From Macrostomum lignano (taxonomy: Eukaryota): a stretch of DNA of 64,000 nucleotides. Positions 22,223-33,501 of the stretch are shown here, one piece after another. Under the pieces are notes generated by a model. It searched no databases. It was not told the origin of the DNA and saw nothing but the letters and a program-made list of their open reading frames with translations. Location of the stretch: NCBI GenBank assembly GCA_002269645.1, contig NIVC01000146.1, forward strand, positions 248,001 to 312,000, written 5' to 3'. Made by a program: the position numbers and the translations under genes. Numbering within the stretch: the first letter of the stretch is position 1; every line of letters begins with the position of its first letter.

Positions 22223-25200
22223 ATGCGGTCCTCCAGTAACCGATCCAGTCGCAGTCGGCCGATTATGCTAGGCTTCAGTGACAGCCAACAGCAACCACCA
22301 AGTAGCCGAGGCGACAGTGTCACTGCTGGAAGCCGTGACAGTTTTTCCCAGCACCAACAGCACTTGCGGACTGATGACAATTATTCTGGCCCTGGCAGCG
22401 GCAACGGTTCGCGCACAGATGAGCTGAGTCGGCTGGAGCTGCGACTGGCCGCAATGGAATCGCGCCTTTCGGACTTTGAAGCCATGCTGCAGCGCTCATG
22501 CGGCCGATCAATTTCCGGTGACTGTGCCAGCAACTGGCCAGATTATTCGGCGACGCCTGGAGGTGAACTAATGCAAATGGGATCTGGAATGGGCATTGGG
22601 GGAAATAATGGTTCCGCGATGGCTTCAGCGAGTGTTGGAACAACAGAGGAAGCGCAGATAAGCAGTAAGCAGTCGGTTTCGCAATGCGACGGCTCTCCGC
22701 TTAACCTGGTATTTAGCTCAGAGAATGACGACAAAGAGACGAGCAGTTCATCAACAACATGGACTGATTTGGATTCCAAAGCCGCTGAATTCAATGGCAA
22801 ACTTATTCAGAGCCTGAATGAGGCCTGCGCTGAGAAGCCACAGCAGCAGAAGCAGCCAGATAAGACGAAGCTAATAGAATCAGCCAATACCGAGTCGTTT
22901 GAGATAAGTCGCTACTCCACCCAGGATAGTGTGGTGTACCAAGAGCGCTACGAGTTGGCCACGCAAGCTGGAAGCCTGAAAGGAATGGATTGTACAGACA
23001 AGGCCGCTGCCGAAGCCCTCCTTGCCACCGGGGGCGGTGGTGTCTTGCGCATACAGCAGGAACAACAGCAGCAGCATCGGAAGCTAATGATGTTGCAGGC
23101 CAGCAACTGCCAGCTGCTGACAACAACTCCAGCTGAACGTGCGGAACCAATGCCGACGCAGCCATCTGGTAGACGTCGAGTCATCCTTGAGGCGGGCCCC
23201 CTCCGATCGCTGGCCGAGCCGGCAGCTAGCGCTGAAAAATGCGGCGGTGGCAGCGGAAACGGCGGATGCTGCGGCATCGAATGCAGCGATAGGAGCAGCA
23301 GCTGGCAGATGCAGCTGGTGCCGCCAACTGTCTGCCATCAGCAGACGTCGCCAAGCGCGCATTCGGCGACGAGCTCCGAGACGGCCACCTCCAGCTGCCC
23401 GGCCGAGCCGATCGCCTGGTCAAGGGTGTCGCGAGTCACTCACGAAAGCGCATCGGCTGCTGCGAACAGAGCTGGCTCTTCCGGTGATGGCAACGACGCG
23501 TTGGTCGTCAAGGTCAACCGGTGCGCTCCGCCACCTGTGTCCATTCGCCAGGACCGGCGCAACCTCGGCGAAGTCAACAACAACGACGAAAGAGGAGCAA
23601 GCGCCGAGCAGTCGTGGCTGCTGGGCGGCGGCCAGGACGACGCGTTCACGGTGAGCACTGTGTCCAGCACGGCCACCGTCTCCATACTGACCGAGACTTC
23701 CGCCTCACGCGGTCGAACCAGAGAGCAGCAGAGTGCGGGTGAGTCGCAGTCTTTGGATCCATGGATCTTTTTACTGAGACATGATTGCCTCCGAGTCGGG
23801 CTCCCGCACCCTACCATACCCTTCTGTATCTGCATGCTCGGCTCCCGCACCCTACCAGACCCTCCTGTATCTGCATGCTCGGCTACCGCACCCTACCAGA
23901 CCCTCCTGTATCTGCATGCTCGGCTACCGCACCCTTACCATACCCTTCTGTATCTGCATGCTCGGCTCCCGCACCCTACCAGACCCTCCTGTATCTGCAT
24001 GCTCGGCTCCCGCACCCTATCCAGACCCTCCTGTATCTGCATGCTCGGCTTCCGCACCCTACCAGACCCTCCTGTATCTGCATGCTCGGCTCCCGCACCC
24101 TAACAGACCCTCCTGTATCTGCATGCTCGGCTCCCACACCCTAACAGACCCTCTTGGATCTTCATGCTCGGCTACCGCACCCTACCACCCTACCAGACCC
24201 TCCTGGATTTATGCTTGGCTACCGCACCTTACAACCCTACCAGACCCTCCTGTATCTGCATGCTCGGCTACCGCACCCTACCAGACCCTCATGGATTTAC
24301 ATGCTCGGCTACCGCACCCTACCACCCTACCAGACCCTCCTGTATCTGCATGCTCGGCTCCTGCACCCTACCAGACCCTCCTGGATCCCACACAGGACCT
24401 ATTGAGGCTCTTTCTGGCATCAAAACCTTTTGCAACCCCAGAGTGCCGCCTGTGCGCAGACTTTTCTCCCTACGCCCGGTCTCGCCTGACGGAACTGAAA
24501 CGGAGCGGCCTGAACCTGCAATGCGCCGCCGGTCGAAACGGCGATACCCGCAGCGGCGGTCGGGCGGCGGTCCGGGTGCAGCGGTCCGGCTTCACCCAGC
24601 AGAATACGGCTTTCATCGCTAGCCTGGTGTCGCAGGCTGTCAGCAAGTTCGAATCGGACGCCGAACAGGCCAGCAACGTGAGACTGGAGCTGAGGCGACT
24701 GGGCTTCGAGTGCGCCGTGGTGATTGGCCGGCACTTCACCGGGTAAGGGGAGTGTGCTCAAATGAGATGCACGAGTACAGGGGATGGCTTAGAAAACTTG
24801 AAGAAGACAAAACGTCAATTAATTTGCTGGGTAAGCAGCAAATCAGGTTGGGCATTCTGCATACCGGCCAAGTTTGAGGTTAGGTATCAGGTGGAGCATT
24901 GGGTAGAGTATTGGGTGGAGCATTGGGTGGAGCATTGGGTGGAGCATTGGGTAGAGTATTGGGTGGAGCATTGGGTGGAGCATTGGGTGGAGCATTGGGT
25001 GGAGCATTGGGTGGAGCATTAGGTGGAGCATTGGGTGGAGCATTGGGTGGAACATTGGGTGGAGCATTGGGTGAAGCATTGGGTGGAGCATTGGGTGGAG
25101 CATTGGGTGAAGCATTGGGTGGAGCATTGTGTGGAGCATTGGGTGGAGCATTGGGTGGAGCATTGGGTAGAGTATTGGGTGGAGCATTGGGTGGAGCATT

Positions 25201-26408
25201 GGGTGGAGCATTGGGTGGAGCATTGGGTGGAGCATTGGGTGGAGCATTAGGTGGAGCATTGGGTGGAGCATTGGGTGGAGCATTGGGTGGAGCATTGGGT
25301 GGAGCAATCGGTGGAGCATTGGGTGGAGCATTAGGTGGAGCATTGTGGAGCATTGGGTAGAGCATTGGGTGGAGCATTAGGTGGAGCATTAGGGGGAGCA
25401 TTGGGTGGAGCATTGGGTGGAGCATTGGGTGGAGCATTGGGTGGAGCATTAGGGGGAGCATTGGGTGGAGCATTGGGTAGAGTATTGGGTGGAGCATTGG
25501 GTGGAGCATTGGGTGGAGCATTAGGGGGAGCATTGGGTGGAGCATTGGGTAGAGTATTGGGTGGAGCATTGGGTGGAGCATTAGGTGGAGCATTGGGTGG
25601 AGCATTAGGGGGAGCATTGGGTGGAGCATTGGGTGGAGCATTGGGTGGAGCATTGGGTGGAGCATTGGGTGGAGCATTAGGTGGAGCATTGGGTGGAGCA
25701 TTAGGTGGAGCATTAGGTGGAGCATTGGGTGGAGCATTGGGTGGAGCATTAGGTGGAGCATTGGGTGGAGCATTGGGTGGAGCATTAGGTGGAGCATTGG
25801 GTGGAGCATTGGGTGGAGCATTGGGTGGAGCATTGGGTGGAGCATTGGGTGGAACATTAGGTGGAGCATTGGGTGGAGCATTGGGTGGAGCATTGGGTGG
25901 AGCATTAGGTGGAGCATTGGGTGGAGCATTGGGTGGAGCATTGGGTGGAGCATTGGGTGGAGCATTAGGTGGAGCATTGGGTGGAGTATTGGGTGGAGCA
26001 TTGGGTGGAGCATTGGGTGGAGCAATCGGTGGAGCATTGGGTGGAGCATTAGGTGGAGCATTGTGGAGCATTGGGTAGAGTATTGGGTAGAGCATTGGGT
26101 AGAGCATTGGGTAGAGCATTGGGTAGAGTATTGTGTAGAGCATTGGGTAGAGCATTGGGTAGAGCATTGGGTAGAGCATTGGGTAGAGCATTGGGTAGAG
26201 CATTGGGTAGAGCATTGGGTAGAGTATTGGGTGGAGCATTGAGTAGAGTGCAGTCTAGTGAAGTTACAACTCCGCGCACTGCAGCTGCATCTGCGGCCAG
26301 GAGTCCAGCCGCCTGCTGATGGACATTGGCGGGCAGAGCTGCCTCATCTTCAGCTTCTTTCAGCTCAGCGGCGAGCTATCGAATCGAGTACCGCTGCCCA
26401 ATAAGTGA
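22223..26408 (+). CDS. 646-aa protein: long low-complexity N-terminus, C-terminal dynein light chain (LC8)-like domain; exons 22223-23738, 24442-24742, 26285-26408
   Basis: The first exon is open for >500 codons. Donor G|gtgagt 23739; acceptor ccttttgcaaccccag|; donor GG|gtaagg 24743; acceptor cactgcag|. Sum 1941 nt. C-terminus [84 protein letters not shown] aligns by eye to LC8 [28 protein letters not shown]...WHCIVGRNFGSYVTHE...LGQVAILLF. Confidence 0.75.
23800..24385. repeat. ~41-bp intronic repeat (ccctaccagaccctcctgtatctgcatgctcggctcccgca)
   Basis: Direct periodicity. Confidence 0.9.
24890..26240. repeat. 12-bp intronic repeat (gggtggagcatt)
   Basis: About 110 copies by length; a rare variant (gagcaatcggt...cattgtggag) recurs near 25305 and 26022, implying a higher-order duplication. 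Confidence 0.95.
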
Positions 26409-26692
26409 ATTAGGTTTGTTTAACCATCGCCCAATCCAACCAAAATACTGGTAACCGACTATGCAGCCTGCACTTCCATGCACAAAAATAATGTTTGTAC
26501 GGCAAACTACAAAAATACAACGAAATACTCATTAAACCAAGTAAATTATGATTTTATACTCAGTTTAGCTTTTGTTCTCGTGCGAAGCAGCCTACTTGTA
26601 GTAGCACGATGTTCAATCATTGATATGGAAGTATTTTTGCACTCAGTCGCCTTCATTTTATTGCATTTGCTTCTTTAGTTTTATACTTGCTA

Positions 26693-26965
26693 CTTGGGGG
26701 ATGCTTGCTATTTGGGGGATGCTTGCTATTTGGGGGATGCTTGCTATTTGGGGGATGCTTGCTATTTGGGGGATGCTTGCTATTTGGGGGATGCTTGCTA
26801 TTTGGGGGATGCTTGCTATTTGGGGGATGCTTGCTATTTGGGGGATGCTTGCTATTTGGGGGATGCTTGCTATTTGGGGGATGCTTGCTATTTGGGGGAT
26901 GCTTGCTATCGGGGATGCTTGCTATCTGGGGGATGCTTGCATGCTGTCTGGGGATGCTTGCTGTC
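26693..26965. repeat. 18-bp repeat (atgcttgctatttggggg)
   Basis: Direct periodicity. Confidence 0.92.
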
Positions 26966-27154
26966 TTGGAATGTTTTCTTTTTAGAGGGAATGTCTGCTG
27001 TTTTTTATGAAGGCTTTTTTCGCTGTCTATTTGTTCTTGTAAAGAACAAAGATTCTATCCAGATGTCCCCCATCGGGGGGCGAAGATTGCTAGTTATGCG
27101 ATCTAAAGTTAAAAAAGATGTTTTATCAGATACACTGGTAAAATATAATTCTCT

Positions 27155-28495
27155 CCGTATTTATCTCCCCTCTCCCTATCTTCCATCTCCTTATCTCTCC
27201 TCTCCTTATCTCCCCTCTCCTTATATTCCCTCTCCGTATCTCTCCTCTCCTGATCTCTCCTCTCCTCATCTCTCCTCTCCTGATCTCTCCTCTCCTCATC
27301 TCTCCTCTCATCATCTCTCCTCTCCTCCTCTCCCCTCTCATTATCTTCCCTCTCCTCCTCTCCCGTCTCCTCCTCTCCCCTCTTCTTCTCTATCTCCTCT
27401 CCTTCTCTCTCTCCTCTCCTTCTCTCTCTCCTCTCCTTCTCTCTCTCCTCTCCTTCTCTCTCTCCTCTCCTTCTCTCTCTCCTCTCCTTCTCTCTCTCCT
27501 CTCCTTCTCTCTCCCCTCTCCTTCCTCTCCCCTTTCTTTCTCTCTCCCCTTTCTTTCTCTCTCCCCTCTCCTCTCTCTCCTCTCCTTCTCTCTCTCCTCT
27601 CCTTCTCTCTCCCCTCTCCTTCTCTCTCCCCTCTCCTTCTCTCTCTCCTCTCCTTCTCTCTCCCCTCTCCTTCCTCTCCCCTTTCTTTCTCTCTCCCCTT
27701 TCTTTCTCTCTCCCCTCTCCTCTCTCTCTTCTCCTTCTCTCTCCCCTCTCCTTCCTCTCCCCTTTCTTTCTCTCTCCCCTTTCTTTCTCTCTCCCCTCTC
27801 CTTTCTCTCCTCTCCTTCTCTCTCCCCTCTCCTTCCTCTCCCCTTTCTTTCTCTCTCCCCTTTCTTTCTCTCTCCCCTCTCCTTCTCTCTCCCCTCTCCT
27901 TCTCTCTCTCCTCTCCTTCTCTCTCTCCTCTCCTTCTCTCTCCCCTCTCCTTCCTCTCCCTCTCTCTCTCTCCTCCCTTCTCTCTCTCCCCTCTCCTTCT
28001 CTCTCCTCTCCTTCTCTCTCCCCTCTCCTTCCTCTCCCCTTTCTTTCTCTCTCCTTCTTCTCTCTCCCCTCTCCTTCTCTCTCCTCTCCTTCTCTCTCTC
28101 CTCTCCTTCTCTCTCCCCTCTCCTTCTCTCTCCCTCTCCTTCTCTCTCCCTCTCCTTCTCTCTCTCCTCTCCTTCTCTCTCTCCTCTCCTTCTCTCTCCC
28201 CTCTCCTTCTCTCTCCCCTCTCCTTCTCTCTCCCTCCTTCTCTCTCCCCTCTCCTCTCTCTCCTCTCTTCTCTCTCTCCTCTCCTTCTCTCTCCCCTCTC
28301 CTTCTCTCTCCTCTCCTTCTCTCTCTCCTCTCCTTCTCTCTCTCCTCTCCTTCTCTCTCTCCTCTCCTTCTCTCTCTCCTCTCCTTCTCTCTCCCCTCTC
28401 CTCTCTCCCCTCTCCTTCTCTCTCTCTCTCCCCTCTCCTTCTCTCTCTCCTCTCCTGTCGCCTCTCTTTCTTACCTTCCCTCTTCTCTCCGCTCT
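27155..28495. repeat. Polypyrimidine (CT-rich) low-complexity tract
   Basis: Almost only C/T. Confidence 0.92.
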
Positions 28496-29149
28496 CCAAC
28501 AGCAGACTTGAAACAACCGAGAATCAGATGGGAGAGTATAAACAGACGGAGACTGGCAAGCCACGCTGCGCAGGCTCGAGTGTGAGCTCAATCACCAGCT
28601 CAAAGGATCGGATGGCAGCATAGAGCTCTGTGTTGGGCGCTCCAGAGCCTCAGGAGACGCGGCCAGAGTCGGTTTAATTAGCTGGCCAAAAGTTCTGAGA
28701 GAGCCCGCCTTGCCCGCCTGTCCGACAGAAGTTTCAGCCTCATCAGTCAAAAATCCCCCCCAGGGGAAAAATTGCACTCGGTAGCTGAGACCGCCGAGCG
28801 GAGAGTGAGGGAGGGAGAGAGTGGGGAGAAAAAAGTTAATTTGCGAGGACAGATGACTTGAAAAACGAGACGGTCTGACCGATCGAGTGACAGGTCGAGT
28901 GACAGGTCCGAGTGACCGACTGAGTGCCCCTGACGGATGATGGATGCCGCAGAAGCTGGTGGATGGGAGAAGCAAGTCATTTAGTCAATGAAAAGTGCCT
29001 CTGGAAGACTCTGGGTAGAAGCGTAATTGGGGAATCGAATTTGCCCCCCCTCCTAATCGCCTTGCACTTCAAAGGAAGAGGCCGACAGACGGCAGGCTGG
29101 CATCTGTTGATTGACCGACCATGGCGGATTGAAACAAAAATGAGAGAGA

Positions 29150-29950
29150 ACATAGGTGAGAAGAAATATAGGGGAGAGGTGAGAGGGAGATAGGGGAGAG
29201 ATGATAGGGAGATAGGGAAAGGTGAGAGGGAGATAGGGGAGAGATGATAGGGAGAGAAGGGAGAGGTGAGAGGGAGATAGGGGAGAGGTGAGAGGGAGAT
29301 AGGGAGGAGATGATATTGAGAGAAGGGAGAGGAGAGGTGAGGGGGTGCTAGAGGAGAGGTGAAAGGGAGAGAAGGGAGAGGTGAGAGGGAGAGAAGGGAG
29401 AGGTGAGAGGGAGAGAAGGGAGAGGTGAGAGGGAGAGAAGGGAGAGGTGAGAGGGAGAGAAGGGAGAGGTGAGAGGGAGATAGGGGAGAGATGATATTGA
29501 GAGAAGGGAGAGGTGAGAGGGAGAGAAGGGAGAGGTGAGAGGGAGAGAAGGGAGAGGTGAGAGGGAGAGAAGGGAGAGGTGAGAGGGAGAGAAGGGAGAG
29601 GTGAGAGGGAGATAGGGGAGAGATGATATTGAGAGAAGGGAGAGGTGAGAGGGAGATAGGGTAAGGTGAGAGGGAGATAGGGGAGAGATGATAGGGAGAT
29701 AGGGAAAGGTGAGAGGGAGATAGGGGAGAGATGGTAGGGAGATAGGGAAAGGTGAGAGGGAGATAGGGGAGAGATGATAGGGAGAGAAAGGAGAGGTGAG
29801 AGGGAGAGAAGGGAGAGGTGAGAGGGAGAGAAGGGAGAGGTGAGAGGGAGATAGGGGAGAGATGATATTGAGAGAAGGGAGAGGTTATAGGGAAATAGGG
29901 GAGAGGTGAGAGGGAGATAGGGTAAGGGGTGAGAGGGAGAGAAGGGAGAG
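29150..29950. repeat. Polypurine (GA-rich) repeat (gagagaagggagaggtgagagg)
   Basis: Direct inspection. Confidence 0.9.
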
Positions 29951-30779
29951 CCGGAGCAGGAGTCCCTCTGCTTGGTCAAAGCGATGGAATCCGGTCGCGG
30001 CCACATTAAAATTGCAGCTTGTGCACTCCTGGCGACTGCTGTACACCCTGTGTGCCCAGGGGTCAGCGGGATGTGCTGCCGCCCTTGCGATTTGCCACAG
30101 GCCTTTTGGCCTGGTCCACAGAGTTTTTTGCTAGCTTCTTTTTCCCAATGCCATCCCGCCTCGCCAGGGAGACAAACGGGATTGGGAAGAAGTTTCCCAA
30201 ACTTTGGCATCGCAACGGCCCTAATTCTCGCTTATGCTCGCCCCCGCCCGGCCCCTACTTTCCCAGACTTTCCCTCTCTTGTCGGAGGCCTCGCGGTGCG
30301 CAGCAACGGCCCGCCCTCCCAATTAAGTCTCTGGGATATTATCCTGTCAGCGGGCAGGGCGCCGCGCCGCTGACAGAGGGGAAATGAAGAAAAAGCGAGG
30401 GGGGGGGGAGATTGCGCGAGAGAGACTTGGGAGAGAGGGTGGGACGAGAAAAGAGCTAAGATGGGGCTTCTTCTGCGCGAGGCATGGAGGACCGGACCGG
30501 GGGAATGCAGATGGTTTGTTCTGAGCCAGGAGAAGCAGAAGATTTGCCTGCTTCTGGCTGTGATCTATTGCTTCTGCCTTAAAGCAGGATGCGTAAGCAA
30601 AAAGAAGGGGGCAATTCGTTGCGGGAATCGCCGAGCTGGAGTGCCCACAAAAAAAACTTCAGGAAAATCACAGCTGATGAAGAAAACGGCGAAGCGCAGC
30701 TGCCGCCCCAATTAGTGCGACGTTGCGCTACCGGCTCGATTCAAAGTTCTCCAAGTTTTTCTTTTTTATACAGGCCAGT

Positions 30780-31320
30780 CTCTCCCCTCTCCCCTTGACT
30801 CTCTCCCCTATCTCCCTTGACTCTCTCCCCTCTCCCCTTGACTCTCTCCCCTATCTCCCTTGACTCTCTCCCCTGTCTCCCTTGACTCTCTCCCCTATCT
30901 CCCTTGACTCTCTCCCCTGTCTCCCTTGACTCTCTCCCCTATCTCCCTTGACTCTCTCCCCTCTCCCCTTGACTCTCTCCCCTATCTCCCTTGACTCTCT
31001 CCCCTGTCTCCGTTGACTCTCTCCCCTGTCTCCCTTGACTCTCTCCTGTCTCCCTTGACTCTCTCCCCTATCTCCCTTGACTCTCTCCCCTATCTCCCCT
31101 GACTCTCTCCTGTCTCCCTTGACTCTCTCCCCTGTCTCCCTTGACTCTCTCCCCTGTCTCCCTTGACTCTCTCCCCTATCTCCCTTGACTCTCTCCCCTA
31201 TCTCCCCTGACTCTCTCCTGTCTCCCTTGACTCTCTCCCCTGACTCTCTCCCCTGTCTCCCTTGACTCTCTCCCCTGTCTCCCTTGACTCTCTCCTTATC
31301 TCCCTTGACTCTCTCCCCTA
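30780..31320. repeat. ~22-bp CT-rich repeat (ctctctcccctRtctcccttga)
   Basis: Direct periodicity. Confidence 0.9.
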
Positions 31321-32219
31321 TATCAATTGCGTCTCCCCGATTGCTCTCTCCCTCTCACCTATCATAACTTCTCATTTCTACCCTAATACCCCTGTTTCCC
31401 TCACATGTTCCCCTTGTTCTACTAGTTGTAAAATTTTTCTGTAAGATTCTTCGCCCAAAATCCGACCCAATGGACAAACAGAAGCGCCCCTTTGATCAAG
31501 TACGCATCGAATTTTCCTGCAGCACTTCATCGAAGCGGTTTATCGAACTTAATTTTGCGGACTGATATAAACAAAGCCCAAAAGCCAGTTATTAATTAAA
31601 CTGGTCCCGATGGCAACAAGCTGGCTTTGCTGTATTTGAGTTTTCTGGCGCACAAATTTTTCCCAACGCGTCTGCGGCAAAACCGTGCGGCTGGTTTTGC
31701 AGACAGGGGAACAGAAGGGCGGGGAGCGACGGGAGGGGGAGCACGGACGGCCTCGGATCGCCGCCAGTCAGATAAGGAGGGATTCTAAAGAAGGGCTGGC
31801 GGCAGACGGATTGCGATAAGGCGGATGCGGAACCGCAGCGCAGCACCGGTTCAGCGATGCCGTTGCCTAGGAAACCGCAGGCAGACCGGGCCTCGGTCCG
31901 GCCTCTGTTATTGTTGCCAGCAGAAATTTCGCACTAAGAATGTTCCCCACTCCTCTGGCTGTAGGATTTCTCTGCTTTTTGTTCGGGCAGAACTGGACGG
32001 CTGTCAGTCGAAGCTTAGCTCGTAACTCGCACTATCAAGATTCCGCATTGATCAAATGGCCGAACAGCGAGCATAGAGCGCTCTGTTATCTATTAGTCAC
32101 ATTATGGATGATGCCCGCGCATTGCAGTGCTGTGTTCGCCCCAGCTGTGACTTGCGACTGCTGTCTGCACTGGCCGCACATTTTTCATGGGCATGCGGAA
32201 GCAGAGAAATTCTTGTCTT

Positions 32220-33025
32220 CCCTGTCTTTCCCTCTCCCTCCTTCTCTGCCTCCCTTCATCCTTATCTGCCTTCTTCTCTCCTTCTCTGCCTCCCTCCATC
32301 CTTCTCTGCCTCCCTCCATCCTTCTCTGCCTCCCTCTCTCCCACTCTGCCTCCCTCTCTCCTTCTCTGCCTCCCTCTCTCCCTCTCTGCCTCCCTCTCTG
32401 CCTCCCTCCATCCTTCCCTGCCTCCCTCTCTGCTTCCTTCTCTGCTTCTCTGCCTCCCTCTCTGCCTCCCTCCATCCTTCCCTGCCTCCCTCTCTGCTTC
32501 CTTCTCTGCTTCTCTGCCTCCTTCTCTGCCTCCCTTCATCATTCTCTGCCTTCCTTCATCATTCTCTGCCTCCCTCTCTCCTTCCCTGCCTCCCTCTCTC
32601 CTTCTCTGCCTCCCTCTCTCCTTCCCTGCCTCCCTCTCTCCTTCCCTGCCTCCCTCTCTCCTTCCCTGCCTCCCTCTCTCCTTCTCTCCTTCCCTGCCTC
32701 CCTCTCTCCTTCTCTCCTTCCCTGCCTCCCTCTCTCCTTCTCTCCTTCCCTGCCTCCCTCTCTCCTTCCCTGCCTCCCTCTCTCCTTCCCTGCCTCCCTC
32801 TCTCCTTCCCTGCCTCCCTCTCTCCTTATCTGCTTCCCTCTCTCCTTCCCTGCCTCCCTCTCTTCTTATCTGCTTCCCACTCTCCTTTATTTCCTCTATG
32901 TCTCCTCTACCTCTTTCTCTCTTTCTTAATTTTCCCACTTCTTCCTCCCTCGCTCTCCCTTCTAGCTCTGCCCTCTCTTCTCTCTCCCCTTTTCTCTCTT
33001 TTCTCTCTCTTTTTTCTTTTCTCCT
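32220..33025. repeat. CT-rich repeat (tccctctctccttccctgcc)
   Basis: Direct inspection. Confidence 0.88.
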
Positions 33026-33501
33026 TCCTCAACTTCGAATTTCAACTTTAATGCAGCTTTTACGAGCTTAGTCTCTTGTTATTCCTGGAAAAACCTATAA
33101 AATTGTTACGAAGCGCCACCCATGAGTACTACAGATTTTTTTCTTCTTTCATTCCTTAATCTCTGTCCATACATCTATTTCAACTGTTCAACTGGATGGA
33201 TTATAAATCAATGGGAGACGCCCTAACCCCCCCCCCCTCTTACACCTCGCTGCTCAGAGATTGATTAAACACGAGCAGCCGAGCTCAAGACAAGAGGAAC
33301 TAACAGCACTGCGAACTGATGGTCCAAGCAGAAATCCAAGTAGCAAAATGAACGCGCCCGACAGGACTGCATGCACTTTGGCTGTCCCCGATTGGCTGTC
33401 CCCGCATCCACCATACACCGGCAAGCCTCTGGCCAGCTGGCAGAGCACATATGACTGAAGACTGAGCTGGAGGGCTGGGCATTGTACACCAGCAGTCGGC
33501 A

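Noticed and set aside
24396-24622. Alternative acceptor cacacag| at 24395 for the LC8-like gene
   Set aside because: With the phase-1 donor it enters a frame that stops at 24622 before the DLC domain; 24441 fits better.
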